DNA from: an uncultured Chloroflexia bacterium
GTDB taxonomy: Bacteria; Chloroflexota; Limnocylindria; QHBO01
DNA: 64,000 nt
Reading direction: 5' to 3'
Assembly: GCA_963825905.1 (NCBI GenBank)
Contig: CAWGUL010000007.1
Coordinates: forward strand, 530,015 to 594,014
In this document: piece by piece, positions 51,760 to 59,211 of the stretch
Numbering within the stretch: the first letter of the stretch is position 1
How the letters are laid out: every line of letters begins with the position of its first letter
Notes under the pieces: generated by a model
What the model was told of the DNA's origin: nothing
What the model saw: the letters and a program-made list of their open reading frames with translations, nothing else
Databases searched by the model: none
Program-made: the position numbers and the translations under genes

Positions 51760-51792
51760 GAAGCCGTCGGCGATCTCACCGCCGACGGCTTC
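51760..51792 (+). terminator. perfect 13-bp hairpin
   Basis: GAAGCCGTCGGCG-ATCTCAC-CGCCGACGGCTTC, 70 nt after the stop of 51424..51690 and 114 nt before the next start. Confidence 0.4.
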
Positions 51793-51905
51793 GCCCGTGC
51801 TAGGGTTACCGCCGGCGCGCGGACGCACCGTTCGCGCAGCTCCGTCGGACGTCGGCGCACGGCGCTCGGCTTGCTGATCGAACCTTCGAGGGCCCCAACG
51901 AGGCG

Positions 51906-52613
51906 ATGACCGGCGATTCCGTCGAGTGCTTCAACTGCGGCAGACCCAACCCCGCGTGGGCACAGGTCTGCCGCTCGTGCGGGGTGCCGCTCGTGGCCGC
52001 TCGTGGCGACGGGGCGCCGTCCGGGCCATTCCCGACCGACCAGGCCTCGCTGATCAGCATGGGCGCGGCGGTCGGTGCGATCCTCGTGGCCGTCTTGTTC
52101 GGGGTCATCTTCTCGAACCTCAATCCCACCAAGGTGACGGTGGGCTTCGCGACGCCGAGCCCGAGCCCGAGCGGCTCGATCGTCCTCGGCCCGTCGTTCA
52201 GTGCCGGTCCATCGGTCCCGGCCGTCGTCTCCGCGACCCCGGTGCCGACGCCGGCGCTGCCGGGCGCGATCACGTTCGGCACGGTCCTCGACGGGGCGAC
52301 GCGCACCGTGAGCCAGCCGACCGATCAGTTCACGCCGCAGGCCGGCGCCTTCGCGCATTCGATCGCGTTTGCCGCGCCCTACGGGGCATCGGTCCTCGTC
52401 GAGGAGGTGGCGCGGGTCGCCGGTGACGGGAGCGAGACGATCGTGCAGAGCCGCGACGAGGGTGGGAACAACGCCGACCCGAACGCATCCGTCATCGGCT
52501 ACAGCGTGCCCGTCTCGGCCGTCTACCAGGCGTGGGGCACGGGCAACTTCGTGATGCGCATCTATCGGGGCAACGAGAAGGTCGCCGAGGGAACGTTCAC
52601 CCTCAACCCGTAG
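51906..52613 (+). CDS. zinc-ribbon / single-TM / extracytoplasmic-domain protein
   Basis: N-terminal CFNCG...CRSCG zinc ribbon, one TM helix, a Pro/Ser linker and a beta-rich C-terminal domain. Confidence 0.65.
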   Translation: MTGDSVECFNCGRPNPAWAQVCRSCGVPLVAARGDGAPSGPFPTDQASLISMGAAVGAILVAVLFGVIFSNLNPTKVTVGFATPSPSPSGSIVLGPSFSAGPSVPAVVSATPVPTPALPGAITFGTVLDGATRTVSQPTDQFTPQAGAFAHSIAFAAPYGASVLVEEVARVAGDGSETIVQSRDEGGNNADPNASVIGYSVPVSAVYQAWGTGNFVMRIYRGNEKVAEGTFTLNP

Positions 52614-52637
52614 CCGCGGCTTGGGCGCGGCGGCCGG

Positions 52638-53492
52638 TCAGCCGTCGCGGCTGGCGATCTCGGCCCACGCGTCCGCGTACAGCCGCGCGCGCACCGGCAG
52701 ATAGCCCGGATACGCGATCCGCGAGCGACGAACGACGTCTGCGTCGATGGTCGCCAACGCGAGCGTGTCGGTCGTCTCGACCAGGAAGTCGCCGTTCGGA
52801 TCGACCGCGACGCTCGGCCCGCCGATGAGCACGCCGTCCTCCGGATGGGGGCGATTGACGGACAGCACGTAGCAGCAGCTCGTGAGCGCGATGGCGCGGA
52901 ACACCGTCTTCCAGCGCTGGTACGTCGCCTCCTCCGTTGCTCGCGGCGCGAGGACGGCGAGCGCCCCGGCGGCGGCGAGGATGTGCGAGCCCTCCGGCCG
53001 GTTGATGTCGGAGCAGACCTGGACGCCGAACGGGATGCCGAATCCATCGATCGGACGCGGCGCAGCGTCGCCGGGCTCGTAGTGGCTCGTCTCCCAGAAG
53101 CCCGGCTCCTCGGGAAGGTGGAGCTTCTCGTACGTCCCGGCGAGAGTCCCGGCACGGTCGAACACGAGCACCCGGCTCGTCCGGCGCCCGGTTGCCGGAT
53201 CGCGGTGGATGATGCCCCCCACCAGACCGATCCCGGCCGCCGCCGCCGCGTCGGCCTGGAGACGCGCCCGAGGGCCGTCCATCCCCTCCGCATCCGCGTC
53301 GACAGCGTCCTTCGTGGCCGGCCGCCACGGGTTGAGCGGGATCTCCGGCAGGACCGCGATGTCCGCGCCGCGCTCCACTGCCTCCGCGAGCCGGTCGGCG
53401 AGGCGGCCGGCGCCGTCCGGCTCCCAGAAGACCTCGGACACGAGGGCCACGGTGAGGCGCCCATCGGCGCGGGCGGGAGCGGAGTGCGTCAT
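52638..53492 (-). CDS. carbon-nitrogen hydrolase (nitrilase superfamily)
   Basis: Intact 284 aa. Glu (VLPE), Lys (YEKLHLP) and Cys (VQVCSD) catalytic-triad contexts are present. Confidence 0.85.
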   Translation of the reverse strand: MTHSAPARADGRLTVALVSEVFWEPDGAGRLADRLAEAVERGADIAVLPEIPLNPWRPATKDAVDADAEGMDGPRARLQADAAAAAGIGLVGGIIHRDPATGRRTSRVLVFDRAGTLAGTYEKLHLPEEPGFWETSHYEPGDAAPRPIDGFGIPFGVQVCSDINRPEGSHILAAAGALAVLAPRATEEATYQRWKTVFRAIALTSCCYVLSVNRPHPEDGVLIGGPSVAVDPNGDFLVETTDTLALATIDADVVRRSRIAYPGYLPVRARLYADAWAEIASRDG

Positions 53493-53498
53493 GCGGGC

Positions 53499-53504
53499 AG
53501 CCTA
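53499..53504 (-). promoter_or_regulatory. -10-like hexamer TAGGCT, 6 nt upstream of the CN-hydrolase ATG
   Basis: TGTAGGCTGCCCGC-ATG on the minus strand, with no Shine-Dalgarno sequence. Confidence 0.3.
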
Positions 53505-53556
53505 CATCGGTCGCGTCAGCCGGGGAGTAACTGGGCGATAAGCGACCTGCACCAGG

Positions 53557-54292
53557 ATGCGCTGGATGCCCACGAACGTTCCCGCCGCGTTCCGAGCTCT
53601 TCGCCGGCGCAGGAGGTGGCGGCAGGTCGACCTCGGTGATCGCGCCGGCCTGTCGCGCGACGTCGTCTCCCGGGCGGGGCGGGGCGAGCTCGGCGGCATC
53701 ACCCTGCAGTCTCTGACCCGCCTGGCGGCGGCACTCGGCGGCACGCTCGCCGTTGACCTCCGCTGGCAGGGTGCAGATCTCGATCGGCTCATCGATCGCG
53801 ACCACGCTCGGTTGCAGGATCTCTGCGCCCAGCGCCTCGAGGCGCTTGGCTGGCTCGTCCGGAGCGAGGTGACGTTCAACCACTTTGGCGACCGCGGTTC
53901 CTGTGACCTCGTCGCATGGCACGGTGCGTCACGGACGCTGCTGATCGTCGAGGCAAAGACGCGTCTCGGCAACCTCCAGGAGACGCTCCATCGATTGGAC
54001 ACGAAGAGCCGCCTGTCCCCCGTGATCGCGCGCTCGCTCGGCTGGCCCGGGCCGGTTCGCCGTTGGCCGTGCTCTCGTGATCCTTGACGGCAGGACAAAT
54101 CGGCGCACCGTGGCGGCCCATCCGGCACTGCTGGGCCGGTTCGCCCTTCGGGGCCGCGCCGCCTCGGCGTGGCTCCGCGCCCCTCGAGATAACTTCGACC
54201 CTCATCTCCTGTGGTTCGAACGCTTGCCAGATTCACATGAGAGCCGCATAACGGCCGGTTCCAGGGTGCGGAAGCGTCTTCCTGCAGGTTGA
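53557..54292 (+). pseudogene. XRE-like HTH protein with PD-(D/E)xK-like C-terminal region, one frameshift near 54070
   Basis: FRALRRRRRWRQVDLGDRAGLSRDVVSRA...LTRLAAALG (HTH), then GSCDLVAWH...LLIVEAKT (nuclease-like D...ExK). The tail continues in the frame of 54077..54292. Confidence 0.5.
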
Positions 54293-54387
54293 GGGCTGCA
54301 TGCGCGGCCCAGACGCCCAGCACGGGAACGTACCGCGGCTGCCGGATGAATCTGCCGCGCGGGGCGCGTGCGCCGGCGGGCCTGCGG

Positions 54388-55482
54388 CTATTCCCCGAGG
54401 AACTCGCGGACGAGGTTCTGGAAGTGGTAGACGCCGTTCTCGCGCTTGGCGGAGAAGCGGCCCGTGTCGTAGGCGCGGGAGCGGAGACCGCGCTGCACCT
54501 GCTCGCAGATCACGATGTCCTCCTGCTGGATCTCGTCCGAGAAGGCGATCGTCTGCTGCATCGACTCCCAGCCCTCCCCGCTCCCCGGCTCCGCGAAGAA
54601 CCACTCGAACACAGTCAGCGTCCGGTCCGGCCCGAGCGGCAGGATGACGTTGGACGACATGTTGTCCTGGTAGATGTTGAACATCGTGTTCGGGAAGCAC
54701 CAGTAGTAGAGGGCCGACTCCTCGGCGCCCGGCTGGCGCAGGTAGCGGCGATCGACGCCCAGCTCCTCGCCCGGCTTCAGCTCGCGGATCGGAGCGTGCT
54801 GCTTGCTGTAGTAGCGGAACTCCTCGACCCGGTAGGCGTCGTAGTCGAGCTCCTTGAAGAGCCCGGGGTGCGCGATCGGGAGGTGGTAGCCCTCCAGATA
54901 GTTGTCGACATAGACCTTCCAGTTGCAGTCGATGAGGTACTCGCGGCGCTCGACGAGCCGCATCCCGTCGACGTCGTACCCGGCGCGCGCGACCTCGTCG
55001 GGGATGCCGCCCAGCACGTCACGCAGCGGCGGCGCGTCGGCATCGAGGTTGACGAAGACGAACGGGCCCCATCGGTCCACCCGCACGGGAATCAGCCCGA
55101 AGTCCTCCTTGCGGAAGTCCTCCGTCTCCTCCATCTCCGGGCACGCGCGGAGCGCGCCGTCGAGGCCGTAGGTCCAGCCGTGGTAGCGGCACTGGAGCGA
55201 CTTGCGGTTGCCGCGCGTCAGCGCCACCTGGCCCGCCCGATGGCGGCAAACGTTGTAGTAGGCGTGCAGCTCGCCGTCCTGGGCGTGGGTGACCACGACC
55301 GGCTCGTCGAGGACCGTGACCGGCACGAAATCACCGATCCGCTGCAGGTCCTCGTACTGCGCCACGAGCTGCCAGGTGCGGCCGAAGATCCGCTCCTTCT
55401 CCGCCTCGAGCACCGACGGGTCGATGTAGTAGCGACTCGGCAGGGTGGCGGCTCGCGCGAGCGATGTGGTGGTCTGGGTCAT
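54388..55482 (-). CDS. Rieske [2Fe-2S] aromatic-ring-hydroxylating oxygenase, alpha subunit
   Basis: ATG at 55482. Rieske motif CRHRAGQV...CRYHGWTY and a catalytic C-terminal domain. No beta subunit or reductase gene is adjacent. Confidence 0.85.
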   Translation of the reverse strand: MTQTTTSLARAATLPSRYYIDPSVLEAEKERIFGRTWQLVAQYEDLQRIGDFVPVTVLDEPVVVTHAQDGELHAYYNVCRHRAGQVALTRGNRKSLQCRYHGWTYGLDGALRACPEMEETEDFRKEDFGLIPVRVDRWGPFVFVNLDADAPPLRDVLGGIPDEVARAGYDVDGMRLVERREYLIDCNWKVYVDNYLEGYHLPIAHPGLFKELDYDAYRVEEFRYYSKQHAPIRELKPGEELGVDRRYLRQPGAEESALYYWCFPNTMFNIYQDNMSSNVILPLGPDRTLTVFEWFFAEPGSGEGWESMQQTIAFSDEIQQEDIVICEQVQRGLRSRAYDTGRFSAKRENGVYHFQNLVREFLGE

Positions 55483-55490
55483 CGGCTGCG

Positions 55491-55496
55491 AGTGTA
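55491..55496 (-). promoter_or_regulatory. -10-like hexamer TACACT, 8 nt upstream of the Rieske oxygenase ATG
   Basis: Lies in the 31-bp divergent intergenic region, 4 nt from the opposing TAGAAT. Confidence 0.3.
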
Positions 55497-55500
55497 GCGA

Positions 55501-55506
55501 TAGAAT
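55501..55506 (+). promoter_or_regulatory. -10-like hexamer TAGAAT, 7 nt upstream of the GTG at 55514
   Basis: GATAGAATCGCCGGC-GTG: same motif and spacing as at the J-domain gene. Confidence 0.35.
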
Positions 55507-55513
55507 CGCCGGC

Positions 55514-55867
55514 GTGACCGTCAAGGAGCGATGGTCCGCCCTCGGTGCCGCCCTGCTACTCGCGGGCTGCGTCCCCACGCCACCGACACCGAGCTGCGAT
55601 CCACGGCTCTCGCCAATAGCTTGCGAGGCGATCCTTCACGCGGCGATGGCTGATGGCATCGCCACACCCTCGGCCCTCGGCGCGTTGCGTACCCAGGCCG
55701 TCGAGGCAGTCGACTGTCAGACGCAGATGACGCGGATGTTCAACCACCAGCCGCTGGGGGACGGAACGGTTCACGATTGCTGGATGGCCACCCTCACCTA
55801 CCAGCGTGGCCAGGCGGCGCGGTTCGTGGTCCGGTTCGACGGAGGAGCCATCCGCTCTTACCACTAG
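55514..55867 (+). CDS. small lipoprotein, unknown function
   Basis: GTG at 55514. Signal plus lipobox (LLLAGC). 117 aa with several Cys residues. Confidence 0.5.
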   Translation: MTVKERWSALGAALLLAGCVPTPPTPSCDPRLSPIACEAILHAAMADGIATPSALGALRTQAVEAVDCQTQMTRMFNHQPLGDGTVHDCWMATLTYQRGQAARFVVRFDGGAIRSYH

Positions 55868-55946
55868 CCACAGAGCGCCTGATCTCCTTGCCCACGGGCA
55901 CCGCGAGGTGCTACAACGTGCCGATCCATCGACAGGCCGTTCGGTC

Positions 55947-55969
55947 GCGCGCCCGCATGCGCGGCGCGC
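55947..55969 (+). terminator. GC-rich hairpin between the lipoprotein gene and the ABC operon
   Basis: GCGCGCC..CGCATGCG..GGCGCGC, 7 outer base pairs plus inner pairing. It ends 17 nt before the SBP ATG (GGAGGA RBS lies between). Could be a terminator or an attenuator. Confidence 0.3.
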
Positions 55970-55986
55970 ACCACGTGGAGGATCAG

Positions 55987-56904
55987 ATGTCCAAGGTTCG
56001 GAAGCTCGCGGTCCTGCCGATCGCGATGCTCGTCCTGGCGGCGTGCCAGGGTGGCTCCGGAGGCAGCGCCTCCACGAGCGTGAGTGCGAGCGCGAGCGGC
56101 GCGACCGCCGCTAACTATTGCGCGACTGCCTCCGGCGACGACCTTCTCAAGAAGATCTGCGACGCCGGCGTGATCAAGATTTCGACCGATCCAGACTACG
56201 CGCCGCAGTCGTCGGTCAAGCCGGACGGCACGTATGAGGGATTCGACATTGACATGTCGAATGCCATCGGCAAGGCGCTCGGCGTCGACGTCCAGTTCGA
56301 GACACCCGCCTGGGAGGCGATCACGGCCGGCTCGTGGTCCGGACGCTGGGACATCAGCGTCGGCTCGATGACGATCACCGAGGAGCGCAAGGGCGTCCTC
56401 GACTTCAGCACGCCCTATTACTACACGCCCGCCCAGATGGCATCGAACGACGAGTCGATCCAGGGGGTGGGCGACTTTGCCGGCAAAACGGTGTGCGCCG
56501 GCGAGTCGACGACGTACGTCGACTGGCTGGAGGGCAACCTCCACCTCGTGGACGCGCCCCCGGTCGCCACGCCACCGGCAAACGTGAAGTCCACCACCCT
56601 GCCGACCGACGCGAACTGCGCCGAGGCATGGCAGGCCGGCCGCAACGAGTTCCAGGGCTGGATCAGCTCATCCACCACCATCGAGCAGGCGATGAGCGGC
56701 GGGATCACGATGCATCTCGTCGGCGAGCCCGTCTTCTACGAGCCGCTCGCGGTCGCGATCGACAAGAGCGGCCCGGCCCACGATCAGCTGCTGGCGGCGC
56801 TGAATGACATCATCCAGAAGATGCACGCCGACGGCACGCTCACCGCTTCAAGCAAGCAGTGGTACGACGGGCAGGACCTCACGACCGTCGCCCCTACGGA
56901 ATAG
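55987..56904 (+). CDS. polar amino-acid ABC transporter substrate-binding lipoprotein (SBP family 3)
   Basis: ATG at 55987. Lipobox [19 protein letters not shown]...GFDIDM...[14 protein letters not shown] is typical of family 3 SBPs. Confidence 0.85.
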   Translation: MSKVRKLAVLPIAMLVLAACQGGSGGSASTSVSASASGATAANYCATASGDDLLKKICDAGVIKISTDPDYAPQSSVKPDGTYEGFDIDMSNAIGKALGVDVQFETPAWEAITAGSWSGRWDISVGSMTITEERKGVLDFSTPYYYTPAQMASNDESIQGVGDFAGKTVCAGESTTYVDWLEGNLHLVDAPPVATPPANVKSTTLPTDANCAEAWQAGRNEFQGWISSSTTIEQAMSGGITMHLVGEPVFYEPLAVAIDKSGPAHDQLLAALNDIIQKMHADGTLTASSKQWYDGQDLTTVAPTE

Positions 56905-56993
56905 CGAACTCCCACGGGCCAGGACATCGACGGGATGGGCGTGCATGACACTCCCATCCCGTTCTCGTTTGACGGAGGTTGCCAGGAACCACC

Positions 56994-57803
56994 ATGACCG
57001 CCATCGGCGCGGACACCCCACGACCGGCGATCCTCGATCAGATCGCCGCCAGCCAGCGCCGGACGCGGCTTGCCTTCAGGAGCCAGTTCGTCCTCGTCTG
57101 GATTCTCCTCATCGGTGCCCTGATCTTCGGGCTGTGGGTAACGAAGCAGATCGACACGAAATGGATGGCGGAATGGGGTCCGTTCATCCTTGGCGGGACG
57201 ACGGTCACGGTCCTGATCTGCGTCAGCTCGATCGTGCTGGCGACCATCCTCGCCATCTTCGGGGCAATCGCACGGCTCTCGACCAATCCGATCATCAACG
57301 GCGTTGCGTCGCTCTACGTGTCGCTCGTCCGCGGCACACCGCTGCTGGTCCAGATCTTCTTCATCTATTTCGCGCTGCCGCAGATGGGCGTTCGCCTCGA
57401 TGCGCTCATCTGCGGAATCCTCGCGCTGGGCTTCAACTACGGGGCCTACATGACCGAGGTCTTCCGCGCCGGCATCCAGGCCGTGCCGCGCGGCCAGCGC
57501 GAGGCGGCCGAGGCGCTCGGCATGCCAGAGGGGCTCGTGTTCCGGCGCGTCGTCCTGCCACAGGCGTTCCGGATCGTCATCCCGGCGATCGGCAACGACT
57601 TCGTGGCGATGATCAAGGACTCGGCGCTGGTGAGCACGATCGCGGTGCAGGAGCTGCTGTGGCGAGCCCAGCGCGCCGGGACGCGCGACTTCAAGACGCT
57701 GCAGGCGCTCCTCATCGCGGCCGCGGTGTACTGGGGCCTGACGATCATCTTCAGCTTTTTCCAGGAGCGCCTCGAGCGGCGCATGGCCCGGGGCGACCGA
57801 TGA
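56994..57803 (+). CDS. amino-acid ABC transporter permease
   Basis: Intact. His/Glu/Gln/Arg-type permease with EAA-like loop ([22 protein letters not shown]). The track ORF starts at 56979; the ATG at 56994 is preferred. Confidence 0.85.
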   Translation: MTAIGADTPRPAILDQIAASQRRTRLAFRSQFVLVWILLIGALIFGLWVTKQIDTKWMAEWGPFILGGTTVTVLICVSSIVLATILAIFGAIARLSTNPIINGVASLYVSLVRGTPLLVQIFFIYFALPQMGVRLDALICGILALGFNYGAYMTEVFRAGIQAVPRGQREAAEALGMPEGLVFRRVVLPQAFRIVIPAIGNDFVAMIKDSALVSTIAVQELLWRAQRAGTRDFKTLQALLIAAAVYWGLTIIFSFFQERLERRMARGDR

Positions 57804-58660
57804 CGACGCAGCCCCTGGCGACCGGCCTTCCGGACCACGGCGAGCGGCCGGCGTCGGCCGAATCAGGCTACCGGGGCACGCTTCCGTCGCACCTCGGCGA
57901 GGTCATCGTCCGCGCGACCGGCATCGAGAAGTACTTCGGGGACAACCACGTTCTGCGCGGGGTGGACCTCGAGGTCCGGCAGCGCGAGGCGGTGATGCTC
58001 ATCGGTCGATCCGGCTCCGGCAAGACGACCCTGCTGCGATGCATCAACTTTCTCGAGGAGCCAACCGTCGGTACCGTCGAGATCGAGGGCACACGGATGG
58101 ATGGCAATCCCCTCAAGGCCCGCAGCCGGCAGCACCAGGAGCAGATCCGGCAGCTTCGGCTGAAAGCCGGGATGCTGTTCCAGGAGTTCAACCTCTTCCC
58201 GCACATGAGCGTGCTCGCCAACTGCATCGAGGCACCGACCCGCGTGCGGGGGGTGGCGCGCGACGAGGCGGTGAAGCGGGCCGAGTACTTCCTGGAGGTC
58301 GTGGGCCTCAGCGACAAGCGGGACGAATACCCTGCCCGACTGTCGGGCGGGCAGAAGCAGCGCGTCGCGATCGCCCGCGCGCTCTGCATGGAGCCGAAGG
58401 TGCTCCTCTTCGACGAGCCGACCTCCGCGCTCGACCCGGAGCTGATCGGCGAGGTGCTGAGAGTGATGGAGGACCTTGCCCACAGCGGCACGACGATGAT
58501 CGTCGTGACGCACGAGATGCATTTCGCGCGGGCGGCCGCGGACCGCGTGATCTTCATGCAGGACGGCGTGATCGCAGAACAGGGCCCGCCCGAGCAGATC
58601 CTGGAGGCGCCCCAGGACGAGCGGACCAAGCGGTTTCTGCGTCGCTTCCTCGTCGAGTAG
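57800..58660 (+). CDS. amino-acid ABC transporter ATP-binding protein
   Basis: ATG at 57800 overlaps the permease stop (ATGA). Walker [10 protein letters not shown], signature LSGGQKQR and Walker [12 protein letters not shown]. Confidence 0.9.
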   Translation: MTTQPLATGLPDHGERPASAESGYRGTLPSHLGEVIVRATGIEKYFGDNHVLRGVDLEVRQREAVMLIGRSGSGKTTLLRCINFLEEPTVGTVEIEGTRMDGNPLKARSRQHQEQIRQLRLKAGMLFQEFNLFPHMSVLANCIEAPTRVRGVARDEAVKRAEYFLEVVGLSDKRDEYPARLSGGQKQRVAIARALCMEPKVLLFDEPTSALDPELIGEVLRVMEDLAHSGTTMIVVTHEMHFARAAADRVIFMQDGVIAEQGPPEQILEAPQDERTKRFLRRFLVE

Positions 58661-58674
58661 CCTGAAGCGCGGAC

Positions 58675-59187
58675 CTACCTGGGCCGCGTGCCGTAGACGT
58701 CCGCGCGCGGGAGCCGCGCCGCCTCGTCCTCGGAGCGCACCCGCTGAGCGGCGGGCTGGAACGCGATCGGCACGTCGGCCGGCTTGCCACCCTCGCGGGC
58801 GATGAGCCAGCGGAGGCCCGACTCGGTGAGCTCCGCTCCCCCGGCGGTGCCGGGCTCGATGAACGGCAGCGTCACCATCCGACGCCGTGCGAGCCTCTCC
58901 AGCGCCAGCTGGATCCGCGGCGGGTCGACGGCCAGCTCATCGGCCAGCGGCCCCAGGTCGACGAACCGATTCGGAAAGCGACGCAGGAAGCGAAGGATCA
59001 CCGCATCAAGCTGCGCGGCGTCGATCGGCGCGTCGGTTGCGGCGGGCACGGTCGCCACCGCCTTCGCCTGGCGCCGGGTCGGGGTGAGCGACTGCTCGGG
59101 CGCGGCGGCCGGTCCCCGGCGCGCACGCGCAGCGGGCTTCGACGACGGCTTCGGCTTCGGTTGGCGGGTGGGCTTCGGATCGGTCAC
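58675..59187 (-). CDS. hypothetical protein (basic N-terminus, possible winged-helix C-terminal part)
   Basis: 170-aa ORF. Lys/Pro-rich N-terminus then DAVILRFLRRFPNRFVDLGPLADEL. No family recognised. Confidence 0.45.
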   Translation of the reverse strand: MTDPKPTRQPKPKPSSKPAARARRGPAAAPEQSLTPTRRQAKAVATVPAATDAPIDAAQLDAVILRFLRRFPNRFVDLGPLADELAVDPPRIQLALERLARRRMVTLPFIEPGTAGGAELTESGLRWLIAREGGKPADVPIAFQPAAQRVRSEDEAARLPRADVYGTRPR

Positions 59188-59211
59188 GGGCAGAAGGATA
59201 CGAGACGCCGG

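Noticed and set aside
48699-51828. Minus-strand ORFs 48699..49700 (333 aa) and 50359..51828 (489 aa) in the islet
   Set aside because: They overlap the signal-peptide-bearing plus-strand gene (49158..51231) and its terminator. Their composition is Arg/Gly/Pro-rich and no motifs are present.
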